From Marsupella aquatica (taxonomy: Eukaryota; Plantae; Marchantiophyta), in assembly GCA_973895155.1 (NCBI GenBank), contig OZ316899.1, positions 7,629,241 to 7,693,240 of the forward strand: a stretch of DNA of 64,000 bases, read 5' to 3'. A model generated the notes under the pieces. It was not told the origin of the DNA and did not search any database. It saw only the letters and a program-made list of their open reading frames with translations. Positions 47,601 through 60,700 of this stretch are shown one piece after another. A program made the translations under genes and the position numbers. Position 1 is the first letter of the stretch. Every line of letters starts with the position of its first letter.

Positions 47601-49286
47601 AGACTCTGCATGCCTGGTTGCTGCATCGGCAAGTCCTCCTTCCTGGGCCTAAACACCTGCTCGATCGTAGGACTAACAGGTGGTTGAGGCTTCTCAACCA
47701 ACGGCCTCGGCGTTGGAGCTTCCTCGGGTGCCCTTACCTGCAGGGGAAGTACCGGGGCAAAAGTCTGACCTCTGGCATACCGGCACAACAGCGGCATGTG
47801 ATAGCCAAGCCGCGACACGCTCCCCATGCCGATTACCTGCTGCTCCTCCTTTAAGATCTTCTTCAATTGGTTGAGGAGGTACCCGTTGTAGTCCCGGCTT
47901 GGGTCTGGCCTTTCTGCCAGATAGACCTATGCCTTGCCGATCTCTGCCCTCGGCAAGTTACAATGCATGGTCACCCGCAAGAAGTCGATCATCTCTCCTA
48001 TGTGCGGGTTGGTGCAGGTGTTCCGGAAGAAGCCATTCTTCGTTGATGGCCCGGGGAACGACCGGAACTCCTTGTCAGGCAAGGTCTTCCTGGTATCAAC
48101 TTTGGTCTTATTGCCTATCGGCAGGCCAAACACTTCGGCAATTACCTTGGGAGTAAGATAGAAATCCTTCCCATATATCCTCGTGCAATTGGTCTCGGGT
48201 TCCCATGACCCCACGAATTCTAATAGGTCTGACTCCGGTACCTCCGACTTCAGCCATGGTAATCTTACAAAGGCCTCCAAGCCGGATCCGGCCATGAAGC
48301 CTTGGTACTTCTTGGTCTGCATGGCCGTAAAGCATGCATCCTCCTCCCGTGCAAAATGTAGTTGCACCTCCACCGGTAGGGTTGCCGCCCAGCCCTTCCA
48401 GGTGTCATCCCTGGTTGGAATGGCCTTGATGGGATCGACCTCCTCTTCTTCGGCTTCTCCCTGCCTCCTGCTCTGCTGCTCGGCTGGCTTCTTTGGTGCC
48501 GCCGATCTCGTTCTTTTTGCCGGGGTGGCTTCATCGTTGACGGCTCCCTTCCTCTTCATCTCTGCTGCCGTGGAGGTTTCTCCTAGCACCGTTGCCTGGG
48601 TCCACCTTTCCGTGCTACCCTTTAATTCCCAGTGTATGTCGTTGCAGTTCTTGATGGCCTCTCGGATGCCGACGACGCTGTCTTTGCAAAACAGAAGATC
48701 GTCGAGTTGATTGGAAGTAGGCGTCCACAGGAACTCGTCCTTGATGAGTTCGCCTCCTAAGAAAGCCGTCTTCTGCAGCTCCCACAATCGAGCGAGCTCC
48801 TGCCGTTCTCTAGCTGCCCTTTCTGATTCCTCGTCCTCGTAAGTCTTGATGTACTCAGTTGCCCGTTCGAACAGGCATCCCCAGAAATGTGCCGCTTGAT
48901 TGACGTTGCTCATACCCTCCTTAGGTTGATCGTCGGTATCTACTCTCTCCCCGAGTGCTTGCCTAAGCAGCTGACAGTAGTTGGCCTCCCGTAGTCGTCT
49001 GCCTAGTTCGTGCTCGCAAATGAGCCACTATTTCCTGCAAGCGCTCCTTACCCCTCTCCTTTGCCGGTCCTTCTTCCCGTTGATCCTTCCTAGCCGCCGA
49101 CGCTTAACGCGCCCTAACCCTAATCGGGTTTTCACCCTTAGCCTTACCTCCGGCCTCGGCCCGGGTTCCATGGTTGCCCCTAATTGTTTATATTTTCCTT
49201 GTTTTGTCACTATACTAAGGTGTTCCTAGGGTGCCTTCCTGCTTTACCCACTTAACCGGCCGAGTGATTCCTGTCTAGGCATCACA
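44651..49286 (-). repeat. 5' LTR of B1 (4636 bp)
   Basis: Direct repeat of 33794-38429. Confidence 0.97.
45572..48913 (-). CDS. LTR-B protein in the 5' LTR (single in-frame TAG at 47927-47929)
   Basis: Four amino-acid differences from the 3' LTR copy. Confidence 0.8.
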
Positions 49287-49291
49287 CTTCC

Positions 49292-51617
49292 TCCAGGTCT
49301 TTCTACCAGATGACAGTTTGATTCTTCAAACTGTCAATCTGGTTCTGGAGTCGTGCAATCTCGGCCTCGTTCCCAACTTTGGCCTGTTCGGCTAGGGCGG
49401 TAAGGGCGTGCGCCTTTGCTAACAACTCATCGGCGGCTGCAATTTTGGGTCATAGTTGTAGAAGCTCAACCTCTTGAGCCGCAACTTCGTTCTTTAAGTA
49501 TATGGACTCCACCCGGTACCGCTCTATCCTCTGAAGGGCCTCTGACTGGGCCCGACCTGCCTTTACTGCGGCAACCAACTCCTGATTGAAGAAACAGGCT
49601 ACCTTCCGGACCATGAACTCCCCGGTATCCCGGGAAATTTGATGAGAGAAATCTCCCAGAAGCCCATTCAGAAATGTACCCGGTATGAAGAGTTCCGGGT
49701 GGTCCAGGTTCTGCCTGTCTGGATTTGGGCACGGGCAGACGTCAACATGCACGGGGGCCGGGGCAGTGACATCCAGCCCTGGAGACGTAGTGTTGGAAGG
49801 GGTTGGAGTGTCCTCCTCCAGCAATGTCCGGTCCTCCGGAATAGCCACCGATGGGTCTTCGGGACACCCGGGTTCGAGTAAGACCTCCTCTGTCCCGATT
49901 TCTGTACTTGGCCCGGCCTGGTTGATCGCATCTACGGTTGCGATTACCGACCCATCTGGTACCTCATCGGCCACGGCTACAACTACTTGTGGAGGTGGGG
50001 TGGGTGAAGCTGCGTGGCTGCTGGACTTCGGGCCTCGGGTTGGGGCCGTCTCTCCAAGGCCGGGAAAACCCACCTAGCTGGGACCAGCTTTGTTACGTTG
50101 ACACGGGGAAGGGTTTGTCGATCAAACTGAGCGTACCACTCGAGAATGATCTTGATGTGGCTAGCGAAATACGCCTTCCCGTCAATGTATAGCGTCTTTC
50201 TTCGCCGCTCCATCTCTTCATGGAATTTCTTAGCGAAGTACGACGCCCACTTCCTAGGTCGATAGTTCTCGACCTGGATAACCTGGGCAGCGGAGATCTC
50301 CCCCCGGGGTTCCATCATGTGGAGGGCGTACCTTTGGAACTCCAGTCGCTCAGCTATCTTGGGGATGAGGCAGGTCCTCATCACAAACCCGTTGTCCACT
50401 GATCCCTCGGAGGGAAAACTCGAGGATTGGTACTTGGCTCCCTTGCCCCTGGGAGCCCGTGATTTGACTCGGTGGTCATCTTTGGGTAACCCAAAGATCA
50501 TCTTGAGCCGTTCTTCCATGAGGGACATATTCCTTCCCCGCAGCCGAGTATGTTGATGTGCGTCGTCATAATTCTTGACGAATTCTGTCATGTCCTCCCC
50601 ATAGTACCTGCAAGTGTTCCAGGGGAGAGAGGCGAGGTGCTCGAATCCCTGAGTTTCCAGGTACACCACATGTTTGGGATGGAGGATGTTTTTATGCACG
50701 TTTTCCCCCATGCGGTGCATTGTCACCTTGGCCATTGGTAACCCGGATGCAGCAGCGGGTTCCTTCCTCTTCTTCCCCCGTGACTGGCTCCGGGAGGGTG
50801 ACACCTCCCCATCCTCTCGATCGGGCATAGATAGTGCTACCGCCATTAGTATTGGGCCCGGGGCGGCCACGGTCACCGTGTTGTCTGCTGGAGCCGCTCC
50901 TTGGATCCGGACATGGGGAGGGGACGATGTAGTGTCGGCCCCCTGAGTGTTCGCTCCTCTGGGCCGCCTGAGCAAGGGCGGGGTAGCCTCGTCTTTGTTG
51001 CTAAGGTCCACAGCGTTGATGACGGAGCGTACTTGTACTGGCGGGGCGATCGGCGGTGGGGGTTGGCTAGGCTGAGCCTGAGCCTGAGTCTGCGTTGGCG
51101 CGGGTATGGGTATGGGGTCGATTGGGCCGGCACCGGCGGTTGAGGGTCTAGTTCCCATGAAGCTCTGCAGGTGCTGGTAGAAGTTCTCTGAAGCAAGTGT
51201 AGACGGCCTTGTCGAACGGGTAGTGCTGGACTTGCTGTTGATGATAGCCCGAACCTGAGCAGGGATGTGGTCGAAGTGATGTCGTTGCAAGTCGATCGTA
51301 CCCGGGATATTAAAGACCTCGTCCGGAAGCCGAAGCAATGCTTCCCAGAAACCGATATATTTGTCTCCGTTGAAGAAGTACCCTGATACCTCTGCTGGTC
51401 AGTAAAGCTTGCTCTGAGACAGGTAGTCAAAGTTAAGGATATAGTGGTGTTGTCCTGCTAGGCGGATGGCTCTCTCATACTTGCGTTCGATTTCGTATCG
51501 GTGCGGGTTGGCGTGTTCAATGAGTCGGCCAACTGTCTTCCGGTAGATAGGAACTGCGTCCAGAATCGAATGGCCAAACTGGAGAGGATCGTGTGCGACA
51601 TTCAGAGGAGATAGCAA
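49292..51617 (-). pseudogene. LTR-A protein of copy 2 (C-terminal end at 33496-33793)
   Basis: Homologous to 5158-7814 with different lesions. Confidence 0.85.
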
Positions 51618-52073
51618 TGGCGACTAAGAGAAAACAAGAGAGTTGAGGTCAAAGCTGGCGCGTGGACTGATGGACTGGTGTACTACAAAGGGTCGGCTCC
51701 CCTTTTATACCTTGAGGGCTCGTCGATCACCCGACGTCTCCTCGTTGCTTATAGGCTGAACCATTCACGCTTGTAGTGTATCGGCCACTCCGCCGGTCTG
51801 AGTCAGCGCGTGTCAGTGGCCGCTTCCCTAAGTTTGTTATATGGACCCGAGGGAGGGGCCCCTCCACGCTCGCAACCCGGGCGTGCGAATGGCGACACGC
51901 CGCCAGTCCGAACATGAATTCCCCTTATTGACTAATGATTTCCTACTCATAATGGTTACCTAAATACTGTTGTTATGCTAATAATAGCGGCCTAAGATAC
52001 CCCTAACGCGCGTGCTAAGCACGGTTTAGACCAAATTACTCATTACTCGCAGTACCGGCAGCGTCACACAGAT

Positions 52074-53655
52074 GGCACAGGAGTTTCAGGAACGACGCAG
52101 GGAGGAAGAGGAGGCAGCCCTCGCAAGGGAGAAGGATTTACCAGGAGGAGAATGGCCAGAGGACATCCGGCGGCTTGCAGGAAAACAAAGCAGCCCGCCA
52201 GCCACGATAGAAGAAATCTGCAAGGCTGCCTGGGAACAAAGGCCGCGGTGGATGATGCCAATGACTTCTGCTCACTCTGCCTATGCTAAAGAACTAGCCA
52301 TGGAGTATGGGGGGATGTGTGGGGAACTTGCGCTTGGCATCTTTGGGGAGGAGTTGGAGCAGGGACCTTTTTTGCAGAGGGAAATGTTGGTAAAGCACCG
52401 ATTAGAAGAAGCGGTGGCTTTGGAAAGAAGCAAGAAGGACGAGGTCATCCATCGGCTTAGGGCAAAGGAAGCCGAGGTAGAAGACCTGAAGGCGTCCAAG
52501 AAAGCCCAAGATGAGCTGCGGATTAAGCGGCATGAGCTCAACATCATGTAGGGGAAATTGGATACCGCGCCGTCTGATAATCAGATTATCAAGGATAAAC
52601 TGACTCGGACCCAATGTGATCTGGCCGATTCGATCAAGGAGAAGGAGAAGTGGAAGCGAGAGCTGAGAGATGCAGAGGAGGCCCACATAGCAGCCAATAA
52701 TCGGGCCATGGCGGAGACTCAGAGAAGGAAAAGGGCATTGAAGGGGGAACTCAAGGATATCCGCAGAGCCCTTGAGCAGAAGGAGGCCGAGTTAGGGAAA
52801 TCCTATCAGGCGATTATCGTGCTGCGGCAAGAGCTTGCATCCATGACGGCCAGCTTCAAGGCCGACCTCTGCGAGAAAGACGACCAACTGGACCAGACTT
52901 TTGCCAAGATGAATAAAATGGAGTCTGAGGTCGTTATGGAGCTCAACAAGGAGCTGAGAGCAACCCAGGAGGAGAGGGCAACCTTAAAGAAGGAATTAGA
53001 GGAAGCCCAAAAGGAGCGGGAGGAGGCGTGCAAGGACTTGTATGAATTACAGGAGGAGTTGGAGGAAAGCACGCGGAAGATGGAAAACTTACAGCGGCGA
53101 GCCGACAACCAAACGGAGCGGCTGAAGAAACAAGCCGCAATATTTAAGTGCTTGGCTTCCTCAGGACCAACTCCAATTGGGGCAAGCAAGTTACTTGGTG
53201 TAGTACTGGCCGAAGGACAAGCCGAGACACTCGCACCGGTGCCGGAGGTAAGTTGCAAGGGGAAGGGGCCAACTACTGAACCAAAGAAGAAGAAGAAGCA
53301 GAAACCTTCTGGGTCAGGGAGTAATACGGCTCCTCAAGCCGTCATGACCAAGGAGGTAAACCCAACACCAACCTCAGGCAGGGTCACGGTAGAGGATCCA
53401 ACTACCCTAGAAGGCGGGGATGATGAAGCCGGGGCCAGGATACTCGGTGATGGAGCCGGGGTACCGGATCCATCACTAGAACATGCCGGGGAGGCCCTGG
53501 CCGATGCTGAGGCCGAAGCCGAGGGTGGACCCAGTCAGGCCGATGGAGAGTTGACTCGGTCAGGAGCAGGTAATTTGTTAGAGGACGGACCTACGGTAGT
53601 GGCTGCAGAGGAAGTGTTGGGGGCGTCCATTGAGGACCAGACACCACTGCCATGA
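52074..53655 (+). pseudogene. LTR-B protein of B2, C-terminal coiled-coil half
   Basis: Resumes exactly after the CAGAT TSD; one TAG at 52549. Confidence 0.85.
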
Positions 53656-54630
53656 TGGTGGTGGAGGGCCGCTCCTTTTGAGGAGGGCGGACATGGAGGG
53701 AGGAGGCATGAGTGGGCAGGGCGGGCTCAAATCTCCAAGTTTAGAATTAGGATTAGGACCAAGGGGCGGCCCTGACACTTAGCTTAGTGGGATTGCGGAT
53801 CCACTGGTAAGAGCAACACTTGTGCTTGTGCCTTGCTGTACATACGTAGATTACAGTTAGGTAGATTAGGCTTACGCTGCAAGGAATTAGGCGGATCCAC
53901 TACCAGGATAAGTACCTGGGCAGCGGGGAGTTCAGGGCCTTCTTCCTTAGCAAGTTTTTAGTGCACCAACAGGGCTGGGATCAAGTAGTTAAAGAAGCTC
54001 TCGGTTAGTTATACTGTGACCCTTGTGTATATTCATGTTTCTTCATACCTAAGAAATGAATAGAGTTGGCCTCACGGCTTAGTTTGCAGATCTTGTATAT
54101 GAGAAGTACTGTTTGTATGGCAAGTGCATGGTATAACTCAGTCAGAAGGAGTCATTTTGCTATTTGTGTGTTGCATTAACTTGTTTGAAGATTGCCCGCA
54201 TCAACCAAGAAGGGAGTGAGCAAGGTAGTAAGAGTTGGATGTGTCGAGCTTAGAGAGGTCTTAGCGGCTTACCCAAGCCAGTTGGGGATCATTCCGGTGG
54301 AGGAATCCAAACATACCTAAAGGAAAACCAAGAGAGGAGGACAAGGGAAGGCCGAGAATAGGCCGGCTACGTATCGCATGACCCGATGAAGGATCTGTCC
54401 AGTATTTGTGAGTAAAATGTTAATAGCAATAGTAGTAGAAGGAAGTTAGCAGCGTCCCATGCCGCTAAGCCGCAAAATCGGCCTTGCCAAGAGCGAAACC
54501 TGCGGGAATCGGCTTGAGCAGAGGGGTTTCTTGGGTTTAGGGAGCCGTGGGACGCACCACATTTTTGGGGCTAGATGGAGGGGGCATTTCTTAAGCCGTG
54601 AGATATGAAGTCAGGGAGGAAAAGTAGGTA

Positions 54631-57600
54631 ATGATTGAAACTACGCCAAGGGAGGAAAGAGCAATTCAACAGGAGAGAGTTTGTTTGCAGCAGCTCGCCG
54701 AGTGGCATGATACGCAACGACTGAGAGGGGCAGAAGGAGCTAGTCATTCCGTAACTGAAAGTGGCGTCAAAGAAGACATACTAGAAGAGGAGTTGGTAGG
54801 GAGAAGTGAGTCCCCAACTGACATGGGGGAACCAGAGGCACGGCGAGAAGAGAGGCCTGGGACCAGACTGAGCCAACAGTCGCGCATTCATTACAAGGCA
54901 TTTCATGGAAGAGGAGATGAGGATCCGGATAAATGGTTGGATGACTTCAAAGGGACCGCTGCAGCAAATGGAGAATCGGCCATCAAGATGCAGATTCTTC
55001 CCGGCCTGTTCAAGGGTGAGGCTAGGCCTTGGTACAGAGCATTGGATTTGGAAGATCAAGCCATCTGGCATACCTTCAAATCACTATTTGTAAAGGAGTT
55101 TCGACCCATTGGAACCTCAGAGCTAGCAGTGCTGAAATTGGGACGACTTCGGTTCAAGGAGAACAAATCCTTCAGAAAGTTCTTGCAACGCTTCCAAAAG
55201 CTGGTAAGACGTACAAAGACCAATGCATCTGAAGGTATGCAACTTCAATGGTTGGTAAATGCTTTGCCACAGAAGATGAGTTTTTCAATTAGGAAGGAGA
55301 ACCCAAAGACTTTAGCCGAGGCAATTAGTGATATTCAATTATACATTAATGCGGACATCACAAGCCGGAAAAAACAGCTCAAGTCTGAGAGTTCCTCATC
55401 GGAGGATGGATCACCCCATAAGAAAAAAGATAAGAAAAAGAAACATTCTAAGAAGTCAAGAAGTGATAACTCAAGCTCGGATAGTGGAAGTAGCAAGAGT
55501 GAGTCATCTTCTAGTTTTGAAGAAGAAAAATCTTGGAAAAAGAAGGGTAGAAGGAGGGGGAAGTTGAAAGTCAAGTTAGAAGCTAAAATGCCAGATAACA
55601 TCGTAGCTCTTACCAAGCAACTTAAAGCTATAATAGCAGAGGTAAAACCAAAGAAGAAGGTAGTACTCGAGGATAGCTCTGTATGGTGTGCCTTATGTTA
55701 TAAAACCGGACATCATAAAGACGCATGTCCTAAACTTAATACTAGTCATGTTCGGCATGTGGCTGAGGTCAGACCATGTCAGGGAGAAGTAGAGTACTTT
55801 CAAGGGGATGCCGTTGATAGTGTTTTCGGCATCAGTGAGACTGGAGCACGAGACTTATCCAACCGACCTGCATCTCTCTGGTCAGGATTAAGGAACAATC
55901 CGGGAGAAATGTATCCTCGGATTATTCAGAATCCGTCAGTACCTCCTAGGCCAAATTGCAATGATTTGCGGCATGCTATAATTGCGGTCAACCTGGCCAT
56001 TTTGCTAGAGAATGCCCGAATGCACGCAAACAAGGTGATGGACAACCAGCTCAGCTATGTATGGGATGCCGACAGGAAGGTCACATGCTAGGACAATGTC
56101 CTACTTGGTTGGCAGGACTTGCCGCAAATCATAAGCTCTTGCCGGTCAAGGTCTTGCCTCCGGGTACTACCCCAGGAGGAGTTCAAATCAACCACATCAA
56201 ACTCGGATGGCAAGTGGATGCCAAGGCAGAGTTTGGACCATCTGATGATGAGGCCGAGGCCCTATCAACATTTTCAGAAGAGGATTTAGATCATGATTGC
56301 TATCGGGTCTCTACTCGATCCACCAGAAGGAAAGAAAGGTGGGATGGGCTGGCCAAAAATAAAGGGAAGGTTAAAGAAGAAAAGATCGACTCTTCATCAA
56401 CATCAATAGAAGGAGAAGGAAGGGCGCCGGCAACACAGGTAAGCCATGAGCCCACCAATGAGCCCAATCCTTCACAGGATAACGACTTCAATCAAGATCA
56501 CTCTAAGTTGTTTTACCCCTCTATTACGGCTAGTGTTAAGGAACAACTGCGAGAATTGGAAACCCTAGAGAATACCGAAGCCATAGCTAAGGATGTGAAA
56601 CGAGCAAAAGCGCTGTTTGCTTTGGAGGATCCAAGGGCTGTGGAAACTAGCATGAAAAAACCGGTAGAAGCCCATACAGAGACACCGGCAGAAGAGAAGC
56701 CGATAGTCCCCTATGACTTGGCTAAAGATGTACTAGAATCTAGAGTCTCGGCAATAGTAGGTCAACTATTGAAAAATAGCCCGTACTTTCGGAAGCAGTT
56801 AAGGAAGGCCATGCTTGGCAAGCCGAGATTACCCAAGGTAGCAACCAGATCCGACGTGCTGATGATAGAAGAAGAGCCAATGGATTTTCCTCAGGCGTTG
56901 TGGCAGAGCCGGCAGGATCCACAACGCCGTCTATCATCGGCAATAAAGTAAATACCATGGGATCGATATACAAGCCAATTACAAGGGCAAAACAAATTGA
57001 GGCCCTATTAGAAGCCGGAAGAGCACAGCGACCTGACCCTCAGGAGGCAGGAATGGATGAGATACACAGAAATAAACCAGAGCCTAGGCCGGAAGGGAAG
57101 CCGATCACCAATTCAAAACCAAATAGTCTGGCAAGGGGACACTCTGCGGATAACCAGGTAGAGACCGACTCGGCTAGTACGGCCGAGATTCCAGTTTATG
57201 GAGGTATGAGACTGGAGAGGCTGGAAGCCAAATTGGACCCAAACTTAAAGAAGCAGATTAATATGATCCAAGCACGGCAATACCGAAAGCTCGACTTAGG
57301 AGAAGGAAGGGAACTGAACTTGGGACGGGACCTGGCACCTGAGCTTGAGAAAAAAATCAGTGAATTACTGATTGAATTTCAGGATGTGTTTGCATGGAGT
57401 CACCAAGACCTGAAGGGAGTAGACCCAAAATTAGGAGAACATCGAATTGATCTCATGTTAGGGGCCAAATCATTTCAACAACCAATTCAAAGGATGAACC
57501 CTAAGTATTCCTTGATGGTCAAAACTGAAATCGACAAACTAGTGGAAGCCGGATTCATCACTCCAGTCCTACATTCAGACTGGGTGTCTCCAATTGTGAT

Positions 57601-57728
57601 AGTTCCCAAGAAAGCTGGACCCGATGGTAAACCCAATATCCGAGTTTGTCAGGATTACAGGAAGTTGAATGAGGCTACGTTAAAAGACCATTTTCCTTTA
57701 CCCTTTACTGATATGATACTAGACATGG
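54631..57728 (+). pseudogene. B2 gag and pol N-terminus; frameshifted, protease region deleted
   Basis: Colinear with B1 gag/pol except for a jump from DVLMIEE to the frameshift site near 56875. Confidence 0.9.
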
Positions 57729-60700
57729 TGTGATGCCTAGCCAGGAATCACTAAGCCCGGTTTACATGGTAAGCAGGAGTGTACCCTGGAAACACCTTAG
57801 TATAGGACCAAAAAACAAGGAAAATATAAACAATTAAGGGTGACTATGGAACCCGGGCCGAGGCTGGAAGTAAGGACGTCGGGGGAGAGAACACGATTAG
57901 GGTCAGGGCGCGCTAAGCGTTGGCGGCTAGGGGTGACCAACGGGAGGGGAGACCAGAGGAGGAGAGGGGTAAGGACCGCTCGCGAGGAATAGTGGCTCAT
58001 TTGCAAGAACGAACTGGGCAGACGACTGCGGGAGGCCAAATGCTGTGAGTTCCTTAGACAAGCACTCGAGGTGGGAACAGATACCAACGATCGACTCAAG
58101 GAGGATATGAGCAACGTCAATCAAGCGGCACATTTTTGGGGATGCCTGTTCGAACGGGCAGGTGAGTACGTCAGGACTTACGAGGACGAAGAATCGGAGA
58201 GAGCAGCTCGAGAATGGCAGGAGCTCACTCGACTCTGGGAACTGTAGAAGACGGCTTTCTTAGGAGGAGAACTTATCAAGGCCGAGTTCTTGTGGACTCC
58301 TACTGCCAATCAGCTCGACGACCTTCTGTTTTGCGAAAACAGAATCGTCGGCATCCGAGAAGCCATCAATCGCTGCAACAACCTACACTGGGAGTTGAAG
58401 GGTAACACGGAGGGGTGGACGAAGGCAACCTTGCTAGGAGAAACATCCACGGCAGCCAAGATGAAGAGGAAAGGAAACAACAACGAAAAGGCCACCCCGG
58501 CAAAAAGAACGAGGTCGGCGGCACCTAGGAAGCCAGCAGAGTAGCCGAGCAGGACAAGAGGAGAAGCCGATGAGGAAGAGGTCGATCCCATCAATGCCAT
58601 TCCAACAAACGATGACACCTGGAAAGGTTGGGCGGTGACCCTACCGGAGGAAGTGCAATTACACTTTGCACGGGAGGAGGATGCATGCTTTACGGCCATG
58701 CAGACCAAGAAGTACCAAGGCTTCATGGCCGGATCCAGCTTGGAAGCCTTCGTAAGATTACCATGGCTGAAGCCGGAGGTGTCGGACTCAGACTTGTTAG
58801 AATTCGTGGGATCATGGGAACCCGAGACCAATTCCACGAGGGTGTATGGGAAGGATTTCTATCTCACTCCCCCGGTGATTGCTGAGGTGTTTGGCTTGCC
58901 GATGGGTAATAAGACCAAGGTTGATACCAGGAAGACCTTGCTTGACAAGGATTTTTGGTCGTTCCCAGGACCATCAACGAAGAATGGCTTCTTCCGGAAC
59001 ACCTACACCAACCCGCACATCGGAGAGATGATTGATTTCTTGCGAGTGACCATGCACTGTAACTTGCCGAGGGCAGAGATCGGCAAGGCTCAGGTCTACC
59101 TGGCAGAAAGGCCAGATCCAAGTCGGGATTACAACGGGTACCTCCTCAACCAACTGAAGAAGATCTTGAAGGAAGAACAGCAGGTGATCGGCGTGGGAAG
59201 CGTGTCCCAGCTTGGCTATCACGTGCCGATATGCCAGAAGTCAAATCTTTGCCCCAGTACTTCCCCTATCGGCAAGGGCACCGGAGGAGGTCCCGGAGCA
59301 GAGGCCGGCACCAGAGAAGCCCAACCAGCCCGACAGTCCGGAGATCGAGCAGGTGTTTAGGCCAAGGAAAGAAGACTTGTCGATGCAGCAACCAAGCATG
59401 CAAAATCTGCTGAAATTGCTGGAGAAGGAAAAGAGAACGGTTCCGGCAACGGCAACGGCAACGGCACCGATACAGGACGCTGCCCCAGAAGTCGACCTCA
59501 GCCAACTCAGAAGAGAAGACCCCTTTACCGGAACCAAGGAGAGATTAAGGCCGGAACACAAGCCGGGAGTGCGAATGTACGTGGGAGCCTCAAGCCCCGA
59601 ATCAGAGGCAGAGGAGCCGGGAGTCCAAGTAGTGGAGGAGGCAATGGAAGGCTACAACAATGATAACTCCGGCTATGGGTCGGATCATCATGTTCCAGGA
59701 GTAAGGACCTGTGGCCGATTTATCCCCACACTTCCAAGAATAGTTCGAGGGGACCCCACCCAGCAGAGTAACCCCGAGTCTCCCCCACCATAGGTTGCTC
59801 CCCCGAGCTTTGACGGCATAAAGTAGACGGCACAAGAATTTCAGGAGCGACTTAGGGAGGAAGAGAGAGCAGCCCTGGCTAGGGAGAAGGATTTACCAGG
59901 AGGAGATTGGCCGGAGGACATCAAGCGGCTTGCCGAGAAAAGAAGCAACCCTCTTGCCACCGTAGAAGAAATCCGCAAGACGGCTTGGGAGCAGAGGCCG
60001 CGGTGGTTGATGCCGATGACTTCTAGTTACTCCACCTATGCTAAGGATAGAGCCATGGAGTACGGAGAGATGTGTGGGGACCTGGCGCTCAGCATCTTTG
60101 GGGAGGAGTTGGAGCAGGGACCCTTTTTCCAAAGGGAGATGTTGGAAAAGCACCGATTAGAAGAAGCGGTGGCTTTGGAGAGAAGCAAGAAGGACAAGGT
60201 CATCCGGCGGCTTAGGGAGAAGGAAGCCGAGGTGGAAGACCTGCAGGCGGCCAAGAAAGCCCAAGATGAGTTGCGGATTAAGCGGCATGAGCTAAACATC
60301 ATGCAGGGGCAGTTGGATACCGCTCAGTCTAACAATCAGATTATCAAAGATAAACTGACTCGGACCCAAGGAGAGTTGGCCGGCACAGTCAAGGAGAGAG
60401 AGAAATGGAAGCGAGAGCTAAGGGATGCAGAGGAAGCCCACTTAGCAACCAACAATCGGGCCATGGCGGAGAACCAGAGAAGGGAGAGGGCATTGAAAGG
60501 AGAGCTCGAAGATATCCATGGAGCCCTTGAGCAGAAGGAAGCAGAGTTAGGGAAATCCTATCAAGGGATTATTGCGCTGCAACAGGAGCTTGCATCCCTG
60601 ACGGCCAGCTTCAAGGCCGACCTGCGTGAAAAGGATGACCAGCTCGACCAGACTTATGCCAAGATGAATAAGATGGAGTCTGTGGTCGTCACAGAGCTCG

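Larger units (their letters stand above)
33794..49286 (-). mobile_element. Near-intact young non-chromovirus Ty3/gypsy element (B1), 15493 bp with 4636-bp LTRs
   Basis: TG..CA LTRs with about 5 substitutions seen; TSD CTTCC at 33789-33793 and 49287-49291; PBS, PPT, and open gag-PR and RT-RH-INT ORFs; no chromodomain or second RNase H. Confidence 0.97.
32601..52068 (-). mobile_element. Giant solo LTR, family A copy 2 (32601-33793 plus 49292-52068), split by element B1
   Basis: Reverse complement of 4694-8712; TSD CAGAC/CAGAT (one CpG-type mismatch). Confidence 0.9.

Noticed and set aside
33794-49286. Assembly artefact or segmental duplication explaining the 4.6-kb repeats
   Set aside because: TG..CA ends, TSD, PBS, PPT and diverged copies with the same boundaries show they are LTRs.
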